A DNA stretch of 64,000 nucleotides from Verrucomicrobiia bacterium. Lineage in GTDB: Bacteria; Verrucomicrobiota; Verrucomicrobiia; JADLBR01. The stretch spans positions 10,851 through 74,850 of the forward strand of contig DAOOOX010000003.1 in the NCBI GenBank assembly GCA_035387945.1. Reading direction: 5' to 3'. Below, in pieces: positions 1 to 11,304 of the stretch (position 1 is its first letter; each line of letters begins with the position of its first letter). A program made the position numbers and the translations under genes. A model generated the notes under the pieces. The model was not told the origin of the DNA and did no database searches. It saw only the letters and a program-made list of their open reading frames with translations.

Positions 1-160
1 GCCGAAGGCGCGTGCCCTCCTCATAGCGCTTCAGGATCGCTTCCAGGGGAAGTTCGGCGCCCTCCATTTCTTCGACTATTTCCTCGAGCCTTCCCATCGC
101 CTGCTCGAAGGTCATCCCGGCATCTTCGGCCGGGGCCGGTTTCCGCTTCGCCGCGCTCAT
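1..160 (-). CDS. xseB: exodeoxyribonuclease VII small subunit, 5' part; the gene runs off the window start
   Basis: Reverse translation from the ATG at 160-158 gives MSAAKRKPAPAEDAGMTFEQAMGRLEEIVEEMEGAELPLEAILKRYEEGTRLR, which matches the XseB helical-hairpin pattern. It lies 27 nt downstream of xseA. It is absent from the ORF track because it is partial. Confidence 0.7.
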   Translation of the reverse strand, partial: MSAAKRKPAPAEDAGMTFEQAMGRLEEIVEEMEGAELPLEAILKRYEEGTRLR

Positions 161-186
161 GCCTACGCCTCCATCTTGTTTGAATT

Positions 187-1566
187 CTATCGCCCGCGCC
201 GGTCGCTGTCAGCCCCCGGCGCGGTTCCCAGTCCACCCCCCGACCCCTCGACGCCCTCGACCCGTCCACGCAAGATGCCGTCCGCCAACCTCGCCACGAC
301 CGCGTCCCCGGGGCGAACCCCCCGCACCGAGCGAACGATCCTCCCCTCCGCATCCTGAAGCACCGCAAACCCGCGCGCGATCGTCCGCACCGGATCCAGC
401 AACTCGAGGCGCCCCGCGAGGCCGCAGAGCCGCGAGTCCAACAATGCGATCGCGCGCGCGGGCGCGTGCTCCGACAGCGCGGCGGTCGCCACTTCAAGAC
501 CGTGCCGTTTCACCGCCAGGGCGTGCTCCAGCGCCCGACCGCTCCGGTCCACGAGTTCGTCCGTTCTCTGCTCGAGCATCCGGACCACGCGGATCGGTTC
601 CCGGAACGCCGGGCTCTGAACCAGCCTCCCCACCCTTTCGCGGGCACCCTCCACCGTCCGGCGGATCGCCCGACAGCATCGTTCCCACGCGCCCGAAACG
701 CCCGACAGCAGGTCCACCCGATCCGCGACGAGCAACTCCGCGGCCGCGCTCGGGGTCGGCGCCCGCAGGTCGGCCACAAAATCCGCGATCGTAAAATCAA
801 CCTCGTGCCCCACGCCAGAAACCGTTGGCACCGGGCAGGCCGCCAGCGCCCGCGCCACCGCCTCCTCGTTGAACGCCCACAGATCCTCTAGGCTCCCTCC
901 GCCGCGGGCCACGATCACCACGTCGGGCCGGAAGACCCCTGCCCGGTGCCACCTGCCCAAAGTCTCCAGGGCCGCCACGATCTCGCCCGGCGCCAGATCG
1001 CCCTGCACCCGCACCGGAAATATCCGCACCCTCACCTGTGGCGCCCGTCGCCCCAGGACCGCGAGCATGTCCTTCAGCGCAGCGCCGGTGGGCGATGTCA
1101 CCACCGCCACCACCTCGGGAAATTCCGGCAGCGGCCGCTTTCGCCCCGCCTCGAATAGACCCTCCTCCCCGAGTCTGCGCTTCATGGCTTCGAATCGGGC
1201 CTGAAGCGCCCCCGCCCCGTGCGCCACAATTCGCCGCACGACGATCTGGCACTTCCCCTGCGCCTCGTAGACCGTCACTTCCCCAAACACCAGCACCGCC
1301 ATCCCGTCACGCAGTTCCGCGGGCGCGTTCGCCGCAGCACCCCGAAAGAGCACCGCGGGGAGCTGCGCCCGATCATCCTTCAGCGTGAAATAGCAGTGGC
1401 CAGAACCGTGCCTCCGAAAATTTGATATCTCGCCCCGCACCCACACCGCGCCGAATTGCGCCTCGAGTAATTCGCGGGTCGCCCGCGCCAGCGCGCCGAC
1501 CGTCCACACCGACGCCCCCTCGGGGATCCCACCCTCGCGCCCGCGCCCCGCCCCGGCCGACCTCAC
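187..1566 (-). CDS. xseA: exodeoxyribonuclease VII large subunit
   Basis: 459-aa ORF with an OB-fold N-terminus ([25 protein letters not shown]) and the ExoVII catalytic region ([45 protein letters not shown]). Confidence 0.9.
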   Translation of the reverse strand: MRSAGAGRGREGGIPEGASVWTVGALARATRELLEAQFGAVWVRGEISNFRRHGSGHCYFTLKDDRAQLPAVLFRGAAANAPAELRDGMAVLVFGEVTVYEAQGKCQIVVRRIVAHGAGALQARFEAMKRRLGEEGLFEAGRKRPLPEFPEVVAVVTSPTGAALKDMLAVLGRRAPQVRVRIFPVRVQGDLAPGEIVAALETLGRWHRAGVFRPDVVIVARGGGSLEDLWAFNEEAVARALAACPVPTVSGVGHEVDFTIADFVADLRAPTPSAAAELLVADRVDLLSGVSGAWERCCRAIRRTVEGARERVGRLVQSPAFREPIRVVRMLEQRTDELVDRSGRALEHALAVKRHGLEVATAALSEHAPARAIALLDSRLCGLAGRLELLDPVRTIARGFAVLQDAEGRIVRSVRGVRPGDAVVARLADGILRGRVEGVEGSGGGLGTAPGADSDRRGR

Positions 1567-3539
1567 TCCTTCTCCGCGTCCAGAAAACCCTGCAGTTGCC
1601 GGATCCGCGTCGGGTGCCTCATCTTGCGGAGCGCCTTCGCCTCGATCTGCCGGATCCGCTCGCGCGTCACGCGAAACTGCCGGCCGACCTCCTCCAGCGT
1701 CCGGGAATAGCCGTCCACCAGCCCAAACCTCTGCTCGAGCACCGCGCGCTCCCGCTCCGTCAGCGAATCGAGCACGTCGCGAATCTTCTCCTTCAGCAAC
1801 GAGTAGGCCGTCATCTCCGACGGGTTCTCTGCGGACTTGTCCTCGATGAAATCCCCGAAGGTCGTGTCATCGCTGTCGCCGACCTGCGCCTGCATCGAGA
1901 TGGGCTGCTGCGCCATCTTCAGGATCGCGCGCACGCGATCCACGGGCAGCATGATCTCCTCCGAAATCTCGTCGGGCGTGGGCTCCCGGCCCAATTCCTG
2001 GATCAGCTGCTTCTGCACGCGCATCAGCTTGTTGATCGTCTCGATCATGTGGACCGGGATCCGGATCGTCCGGGCCTGGTCCGCGATCGACCGCGTGATC
2101 GCCTGCCGGATCCACCACGTCGCATACGTCGAGAATTTGTAGCCGCGGCGATACTCGAACTTCTCGACCGCCTTCATGAGGCCCATGTTCCCCTCCTGGA
2201 TCAGGTCCAGGAACGACAGCCCGCGGTTGGTGTATTTCTTCGCGATCGAGATGACGAGCCTCAGATTCGCCTCCACCATCTCCGTCTTCGCGCGGTGGGC
2301 CGCGCGAAGCTGTTTCTTCAGCTCGGCATAATTGCCGTGAAATTCCACGGGCGTGAGACGGGCGTCGGCGGCGACCTCCCTCTGGCGCTTCTGGATTTCC
2401 GCGGCCTGGCGCTTGGCCTCCTTGCTTCGCCCCGATTCAAGGTGCTCGATCTGGGACTCCATCTCCGCCAGCTCGCGCGCCTTCACGTCGGCCACGGCCA
2501 CGAATTCCTCGCTCACCTTCTGCTTGAAGTAGAACCTGGCATATTGCTTATCCAGGGTCTGGCACACGCGGCGAAACTCCTTCTGCCGCCGCCCGCGATC
2601 GGCGCGCGTGAGATTCGTGCGGCTCAGGACCCGAAACGCCTTGTCCGCCTTTGCGTTCTGCCCCTCCACCTGTTTGCACAGCCCGCGCAGGCCCCGGAGA
2701 TACCGGTCGCGGCTCTCGATCTTCTTGTCCTGTATGACCCGATCGAACCTCTCCCTCGGCGGATCCGAGAGAAGCTTCTCCGCCACCGAAAGGTACTCCC
2801 GGGCCACGAACCCGAAACGGTGCAGCGCCTGGAGCGCCCCGTGTTCTGCCTCCTCGATCCGCTTCGATATCTCGACCTCCTGCTCGCGGGTCAACAGCGG
2901 CACCTGGCCCATCTGCTTGAGGTACATCCGGACCGGGTCGTCCAAGATGTCGAGCTTCGCGTCGCGCTCGACCTGATCCTCCTCCTGCGCCCCGGGCGGC
3001 TTCTTGTGATCGACGTCCGACGCGCTGATCAGATCGATGTCCAGATTCCGTAAGAAATGAAGGACCGGCTCAACATTCTCCGGAGAACCCTGCGAATCTG
3101 GAAACGCCTCCTGCAGGTCATCGTAGGTCAAGTACCCCTGCTCGCGCGCCAACCGGACCAATTCCCGGACCCGGTTCTGCTGCTCCGGGGTGAGCTGTGG
3201 GGGGGGCGCCGCCGCCTCGGCCATCGTGCCCTTGGCCTTCGCCGGGCGCTCGACCTTGGCAAGGTCCTTCACCTTGGATTTGGCCCGAGCGCCTTTGGCC
3301 CTTCTGGCAGTCTTCGGCGCCGACGGTCTGTGTGTTGCACCGCCGACTTTCCTTGCGACGGCCTGATGGGCCCCATGCCGCTCCGCCCGCCCGGCCGACT
3401 TGCGGTCGGCATGGTCATGGGCGTGTGGTCGGCCCAACCCACCGCGCGAACGCGCGCGCAAAGGCGCCTTCGCTTTGCTTCGGGATCTCGGGTTTTTTGA
3501 GTGGGAATGGCGGTGTACGCGTCGGACGGCTTTAGGCAT
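1563..3539 (-). CDS. rpoD: RNA polymerase sigma-70 factor RpoD. The conserved part starts at MAEAAAPP (ATG at 3224); the ATG at 3539 adds a Lys/Arg-rich N-terminal extension.
   Basis: Region 1.1 ([10 protein letters not shown]), the non-conserved region, region 2 ([22 protein letters not shown]), regions 3 and 4 ([34 protein letters not shown]). It is directly downstream of dnaG, the classic MMS operon arrangement. Confidence 0.9.
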   Translation of the reverse strand: MPKAVRRVHRHSHSKNPRSRSKAKAPLRARSRGGLGRPHAHDHADRKSAGRAERHGAHQAVARKVGGATHRPSAPKTARRAKGARAKSKVKDLAKVERPAKAKGTMAEAAAPPPQLTPEQQNRVRELVRLAREQGYLTYDDLQEAFPDSQGSPENVEPVLHFLRNLDIDLISASDVDHKKPPGAQEEDQVERDAKLDILDDPVRMYLKQMGQVPLLTREQEVEISKRIEEAEHGALQALHRFGFVAREYLSVAEKLLSDPPRERFDRVIQDKKIESRDRYLRGLRGLCKQVEGQNAKADKAFRVLSRTNLTRADRGRRQKEFRRVCQTLDKQYARFYFKQKVSEEFVAVADVKARELAEMESQIEHLESGRSKEAKRQAAEIQKRQREVAADARLTPVEFHGNYAELKKQLRAAHRAKTEMVEANLRLVISIAKKYTNRGLSFLDLIQEGNMGLMKAVEKFEYRRGYKFSTYATWWIRQAITRSIADQARTIRIPVHMIETINKLMRVQKQLIQELGREPTPDEISEEIMLPVDRVRAILKMAQQPISMQAQVGDSDDTTFGDFIEDKSAENPSEMTAYSLLKEKIRDVLDSLTERERAVLEQRFGLVDGYSRTLEEVGRQFRVTRERIRQIEAKALRKMRHPTRIRQLQGFLDAEKE

Positions 3540-3550
3540 GAAGGTAAGAA

Positions 3551-5394
3551 CTACGTCGGGGGGTTCAGGCTCGAAGTCAGTCGGTTAAGATGGTCAAGTT
3601 TTGCCCGTAAGTCAAGTATTTCCCGGTGCAGTTCTGTGGCCCTATCGGCGGCTGGTCCTTCATTCAGAAGTGCCCGCCGCCGTTCGAGTTGCCCATCAAT
3701 CCAGAGGCGCTCGATCTGCGTCAGAGCCCCCGAAATCAACGCCTCCGCATCACCCTGGGGAGCCTGCCTGGCGAGCAGGCCGCTCAGGAATCCGCGCTCC
3801 GATTCGCCAAAGCCCTCCACCCCGGCCGCCGGATCCTCGAGCGCATGATGGCTGTGCGCCTCAAACACCGCGTTCAGCAGCGCGGCCCCGTCGAGCCTCT
3901 CCAACCAGACCGGATCCAGTCGGCGCTGTATGGATGGAATGGCGTCTGGCCTGTGCAAACTCAGGTGCAGCAGGCTCTCGACAAGCCGATGCGGTTTGAC
4001 CCAGGCCTCACGGACGGCCTCTTTCGCCCCGTCGTCTGGAGTTGGCCGAGCCGTCCTCGGTACCCTCGAGTGGCGCCCGAACTCCCCCATCAGCAGGGTC
4101 GCGTCCATCCTCAGCACCCCCGCTGCACGCGCCAGGATCTGCTGCCGCCGCGCGGCATCGGCCACATGCGCGAGGAGATCAAAAATCTCTCGGCGAATCA
4201 CCATGCGCCCCCGATCCGTGCGGGGATCCCACTTCGCCGACAAGTGGTCCAGGAAATGGTCCCAGAAGTCCACGGCGCGCTCGGCCAATTCCCGGAAACG
4301 CTCGACCGAATGGGCCCGGATAAAACTGTCCGGGTCATTCTTCGATCCGTCCGCCTCGTCCGGCAACCTTAGGACGCGCACCGGCAGCTCGGCGCCCGCC
4401 AGCGCCGGGATGCTCCGCGCCATGGCCGTCTGGCCCGCCTCGTCCGAATCGAAGCACAACACCACCTCGTCCGCATAGCGCTTCAGCACGCGCGCCTGGT
4501 GCTCCGTGAAAGCGGTGCCCTGCGGCGCGACCATGTTGCGGACGCCCGCCTGGTGGCACGTGATGAGGTCCAGTTGCCCCTCGCAGACGATCGCCTGGCG
4601 GGTGTCGAGCAACTCGCGCTTGTGCAGGTGCAGGCCGTATAGGACCTTGCCCTTCGTGAAGAGTATCGTCTCGGGCGAGTTGATGTACTTGGCCTCTTTG
4701 GCCATGGGATCCAGCACGCGCCCGCTGAAGGCGATGACGCGCCCGCTCTCCGATTGGATGGGGAACATCAGCCGCCCGCGGAAACGATCATAGATCGGCC
4801 TGGGACCACCCCGCTCGCTGCGGATCACCAGCCCCGCGGCCTCAAGCGCCTCCTCCGCAAATCCGGCACCCTCCGCCCACCGGATCACCGAATCCCACCC
4901 GTCGGGCGCGTACCCTAATCGAAACTCCCGCGCCGTTTCCGCCGTGATGCCCCGCCCCTTGAGATAACTCCGCGCGGGCTCGCCCACCGGATCCTTGAAC
5001 AGGGACCGGTGCCACCACTGCGCCACGCGCTCCATCAGATCCAGCAGCTGGTCCTTCAACCCGGCACCCTCGTCGCCGGACCCGCCCTCGTATCGGCCCT
5101 CCGGAAGCTTGATCCCCGCTCGCTCCGCGAGGAGCCGCACCGCGGCCGGGAAATCCAGATTCTCGTACGTCTGGACGAACTTGATGACATCGCCCCCCTG
5201 ATTGGTGCTGAAGCAGTGCCAGATCTGCTTGGCCGGGTTGACGAAGAAGGACGGGGTCCGCTCCTTCTTAAACGGCGTCAGGCATTTGAACTGAGAGCCC
5301 GCGCGCTTGAGCGGCAGATACGAGCCAACCACATCGACGATGTCATTCGCCGCCTTGACCTGCTCAATGATCTCCGGACCCCAGAATCCTGCCA
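3551..5394 (-). CDS. dnaG: DNA primase
   Basis: N-terminal zinc-ribbon region ([46 protein letters not shown]) and a TOPRIM core ([14 protein letters not shown]). The start is chosen at [10 protein letters not shown]; the ORF extends to 5452. Confidence 0.9.
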
Positions 5395-5493
5395 TCGGGC
5401 GCATCTTCGCGCCCCGTCGCCGCGACGCAAGCGTCTCTGTTCGCCCCCTCACTTTCTGTTTCCCGCCCCACCCTATTCCGCTAAACAGCCCAC

Positions 5494-6777
5494 ATGCTCG
5501 ATATCAAACGCATTCGCGAGAACGCCGCCGCAGTCAAAGCCCGCCTCGGGCTCCGCGGTCCCGCCGCCACTGCCGCGGCCGACGAGTTGCTGGCCGCGGA
5601 CGCCCGCTGGCGCACCGCCATCCAGTCCTACGAGGCCCTGCAGGCCGAGAAAAATCGCATCTCCAGGGAAATCGGCGCGAAGAAAAAGGCCGGGGAGTCC
5701 GCCGCCGATCTCATGGCGCGTTCCGTGCAATTGTCCTCCGAACTCGACGCCACCAAGGGGGATGCCGACGCGAGGGAGTTGGCGGTTCGCGATCTCGCGC
5801 TCCGCACGCCCAACCTCCCGCACGAATCCGTCCCCCCGGGCGCTTCCGCGGACGACAACCCCGAGGTCGGCCGCTGGGGCCAGGCCCCGGCTTTCACGTC
5901 TCCGCCCAGGGATCATGTCGCGCTCGGCACCGCCCTCGGCATCCTCGATTTCGATGCCGCCGCTAAAGTCTCCGGCTCCGGCTTCGTCGTCTACCGCGGC
6001 GCAGGCGCGCGCCTCGAGCGCGCCCTGATCAACTTCCTCCTCGACCTCCACACGCGCGAGCACGGCTACACGGAGATCTCCCCCCCCTTCATCATCTTGC
6101 GCGACGCCATGGTCGGCACCGGCCAGCTCCCGAAATTCGAGGAGGACATGTATCGCGTGCCCGACGAGGGAGGGGATCTCTTCCTGGCCCCCACCGCGGA
6201 GGTTCCCGTGACGAACCTCCACCGCGAGGAGATCCTGAAAGAGGCCGATTTGCCCAAGCGCTACGCCGCCTACACGCCATGCTTTCGCCGTGAGGCCGGC
6301 AGCTATGGAAAGGACACCCGCGGCATGATCCGCATGCACCAGTTCGACAAAGTGGAACTGGTGAAAATAGTCCATCCCGATCACTCCTACGACGAACTGG
6401 AATCACTCCGCCGCAATGCCGAGACGGTCCTCGAGCGGCTGGACCTTCACTACCGCACCGTCCTCCTCTGCGCGGGTGACATGGGATTCGGCGCCGCCAA
6501 GTGCTATGATATCGAAGTCTGGGCGCCCGGCCAAAACCGCTTCCTTGAGGTGTCCTCTTGCTCGAATTTTGAGGACTTCCAAGCCCGCCGCATGAACCTT
6601 CGCTTCAAAGGCACGGATGGCAAGAATCGCTTCTGCCACACCCTCAACGGCTCCGGTACCGCCCTCGCGCGCCTGGTGGTCGCCCTCCTGGAGACCGGCC
6701 AGCAACCCGACGGTTCCGTCAGGTTACCTCAGGTCCTCGGTCCCTATTTGCAGGGGGAACTGGTGATCCGCAACTAG
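5494..6777 (+). CDS. serS: seryl-tRNA synthetase
   Basis: N-terminal coiled-coil tRNA-binding arm followed by class II aaRS motifs (YTPCFRREAGSYGKDTRGMIRMHQFDKVE, GSGTALARLVVALLE). Confidence 0.95.
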   Translation: MLDIKRIRENAAAVKARLGLRGPAATAAADELLAADARWRTAIQSYEALQAEKNRISREIGAKKKAGESAADLMARSVQLSSELDATKGDADARELAVRDLALRTPNLPHESVPPGASADDNPEVGRWGQAPAFTSPPRDHVALGTALGILDFDAAAKVSGSGFVVYRGAGARLERALINFLLDLHTREHGYTEISPPFIILRDAMVGTGQLPKFEEDMYRVPDEGGDLFLAPTAEVPVTNLHREEILKEADLPKRYAAYTPCFRREAGSYGKDTRGMIRMHQFDKVELVKIVHPDHSYDELESLRRNAETVLERLDLHYRTVLLCAGDMGFGAAKCYDIEVWAPGQNRFLEVSSCSNFEDFQARRMNLRFKGTDGKNRFCHTLNGSGTALARLVVALLETGQQPDGSVRLPQVLGPYLQGELVIRN

Positions 6778-6806
6778 TTCGAAAATAGGGCGAATCGACT
6801 GCGTAG

Positions 6807-6826
6807 CGAAGGGCTTGCGCCCTTCG
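6807..6826 (+). terminator. GC-rich stem-loop (cgaagggc-ttgc-gcccttcg) downstream of serS; possible factor-independent terminator without a U-tract
   Basis: 8-bp perfect stem seen directly, 30 nt after the serS stop. It lies in a convergent intergenic region that contains several further hairpins. Confidence 0.3.
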
Positions 6827-6992
6827 GCGGCGGGCCATGGGCAAGATGCCCATGCCACGGTCCTGTGGCACGGGCGTCCCGCCCGTGGCGGCCGAGCGAG
6901 GGCCGAAGCCGGAATGTTGGTAAAATCGCCTTTGGCGATCGGCTTCGCTACGATTTTCCTCCCCGGTGGTCCGGCAGCCGCCGGATGGGATC

Positions 6993-7042
6993 TGGCTCGG
7001 ATGTTTCACAGCCTGCCGGCTGTGAAATTCCGGGTTCTGGGA
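6993..7042 (+). repeat. Copy A of a ~50-bp intergenic repeat containing the hairpin tttcacagcc-tgcc-ggctgtgaaa (7004-7027)
   Basis: About 85% identical to the reverse complement of 44688-44740. Both copies give near-identical spurious translations (FHSLPAVKFRVLG vs FHSLPAVKFRALG). Confidence 0.5.
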
Positions 7043-7050
7043 TCAAGCCT

Positions 7051-8789
7051 TCAACGGCGTTTCACCCTGAAACGCGGACGCTCGAGGCGAGGCCCGCGCG
7101 CTTTCAATTCCAGCAGTCGCGCCCAGGCACTCGGCCCAAACGCAAGCCTGCCTGCCCGGAGCGCCTCGGCCCCAACGCGCTCATAGCGCCCCAGTGCCTC
7201 CGTCACGCCACAGTCGTCGAAATCCGTCAAATCGGACTGGAGCAACCGGACTCGCTCGACCGCCACGAGCGCGTCCAGGACACAGTCCGTATCCGGCAGT
7301 TTGCCGGCCGTCAATTCCGCCTGCCATGCCTTCAGCGCCGCCCGCATCGCCCCGGCACACATCGCCCGATCCGGATCATCCCTTGGAATGGCTGCCAGCC
7401 ACTGGGCCAGGGCGAGTACAAACGTGAAATGCTCGGCGGCGCCCGAATTCCGCGGATCGGCCCACCGCCCGGCGAGCGGCCCTCGCAGGACCTGCCCGGG
7501 CAAGATCCCCAGCCGCAGCCTTCGTCGGGCCGATTCAAGATAGCGGTTATCGCCGGTCGCATCGTAGGCCAGCCCAGCAGATAAACGGTCATGCCATTAT
7601 ACACCCAGTTCGGCGCGATTGGCTCGACCATCGCCCAGCCCGCAGCCTCGCAGGCCATATCAAAGAACTTGGGTTCCTTTGTTGCCTCGTAGAGTTCGTA
7701 GAGCGCCACCCCGCAATGGCTATTGTCCACCTGAAGGCTGCCATCGCCCAGGTCATCGACCACCCAGCCATTGTGCGATGCCCCGGTGTTTGATGCGACG
7801 CGCGAGATGAAGCCCCCGGCGGACACAAATGCCGCATCACCACTGCGACAAAGCGGGAACGGAACAACCCCCTTGCCGCCGCAGTTTTGCGTCCACATTA
7901 TGTAATCGGCCGCCTCCCTCGCGAATTGCAGCCCCTCCTCCCAGCACGGCAATTTCGCGCGCTCTGCCCCCACGCACCCCTGGATCGCGATACCCACCTC
8001 GCGCGGCAACCGGCCGGTCCGCGTCGGATCGAGCCCCACCGCCCACCACTTCCGCTTTTTCAGCTCCTGGAGGTGGGAATCAAAACCCCGCCGCACCTCC
8101 TCCGCGCTCAAAGGGGCCACACCCTCGGACACTTCCAGGAACGGACCGGGCTCTTCGGTCCCTCCATTCCTATGGGCGTAAGCCCAAGCACATGCCTCGG
8201 CGCGCCGCCAGACCCCCGCCTCATCACCCGCCTTCTGTGCCTCGACCAACTCCGCCTCAGCCCGCGCCAGATCACCGGGTGCCATCCGCCTCCGCGATTG
8301 CTCCAGATTCCACGCGTCAAAACAAACGATCCCGATGGGCGTGACCTCCCAGAACAGATCCGCCTGCCGGCAGAGGTCATCCATCGCCCTCGCCACCGTC
8401 GTGGACCGATGCTTCATGCGCACATGGGGACCCCCGGCGCCCGAGAACCTCCGCCCTTCGCCGGCCCTGATCAGGAGCGACAACCCTCTGCCCCTAGCCC
8501 GCCGATAGGCCTCCCCAAGTGTGTGCACGGCACCCACGAGATTTCCCTCGAAAGAGATGTCCCGCAACTCCGTGACGCAAAGCTCCGCGAGTGTGCGACG
8601 AAGCCTCGCCGCGTCCGGCCCGATGTCCGCCTCGTCACGCCAAGGCAACATCCGTGAGCCCGACGGCCCGACCGCCGCCGCGCCCACGACACCAAGGGTC
8701 GGCGCGCCTCCGGCAAAAAGCCACAAAACAACCGTCACGATGTATGCCCGGGCGTGCACACCCCTACTCTGTCGCGCGCCCGCGCGCAT
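7051..8789 (-). pseudogene. Secreted six-hairpin ((alpha/alpha)6) glycosidase-like protein, apparently frameshifted near 7575-7600
   Basis: Frame 1 (8789 down to ~7590) encodes a signal peptide (MRAGARQSRGVHARAYIVTVVLWLFAGGAPTLG) and ~400 aa of non-repetitive sequence. At ...NWVYNGM it degenerates into an Arg/Gly/Pro-rich tail. The +2 frame opens at that same point (after a TAA at 7597-7599) and continues with 160 aa of protein-like sequence (LAYDATGDNRYLESARR...) down to the stop at 7051. Confidence 0.5.
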
Positions 8790-8894
8790 GCAACCCGGAT
8801 CGAAACCCACAATAGAATCGGCGCCGCCCAGCGCCCGCGGGCCGCCGGACGCTCCTTGACTCCAGTTCATTCTGGCATCATCGTTGCTCATAGG

Positions 8895-8985
8895 CTCATA
8901 GGGGAGGCCTCCCGGCCTGAGAGGTCCGTCACCCCGGCGGACGACCCTTGGAACCTGAACCGGGTCATGCCGGCGTAGGAAAGTG
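8895..8985 (+). ncRNA. TPP (THI-element) riboswitch in the thiC leader
   Basis: ggggaggcc...cctgagagg...accc...cttggaacctgaaccgggtcatgccggcgtaggaaag matches the conserved GGGG-CUGAGA-ACCC-GAACCUGAUCCGGGUAAUGCCGGCGUAGGGAA core of the thi-box. It sits ~100 nt upstream of the thiC ATG. Confidence 0.8.
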
Positions 8986-8986
8986 A

Positions 8987-11089
<2,103 letters not shown>

Positions 11090-11192
11090 CGATCCTCAAT
11101 ACTCACTCCGCAACTCCTTCGAACCCAAGTAACTGGCCCATTTCATAAGCGATTTCATTGCTCGAATCGTGCGTGCAATCGCGATTTTATCT

Positions 11193-11222
11193 TGACAAAC
11201 GTCCTTTTGTGGGCGTTATTTG
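11193..11222 (+). promoter_or_regulatory. Candidate sigma-70-type promoter (TTGACA, 18-nt spacer, TTATTT) in the AT-richer thiC/cpaE-like intergenic region
   Basis: A perfect -35 hexamer was seen directly; the -10 is weak. It lies ~100 nt upstream of the 11305 ATG. Confidence 0.25.
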
Positions 11223-11304
11223 GTCCTGCTGAGACGAACGATCCATACGGACGAAAGGACTGTCGAAGCGAAGCGGCGCTAACTTTTTTAACTCGAGGGA
11301 ATCC

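Noticed and set aside
6865-7584. 239-aa forward ORF spanning the serS-downstream intergenic region and the 3' end of the frameshifted glycosidase-like gene
   Set aside because: It is Arg/Pro/Gly-rich low-complexity translation, overlaps the hairpin cluster, and is antisense to the protein-like +2-frame segment of the pseudogene. It was useful only because its translation exposed the repeat (FHSLPAVKFRVLG).
11100-11304. Possible thiC terminator (gcgaagcggcgc followed by the T-run aacttttttaa)
   Set aside because: No convincing complementary arm precedes the T-run, so I retained only the TTGACA/TTATTT promoter candidate, at low confidence.
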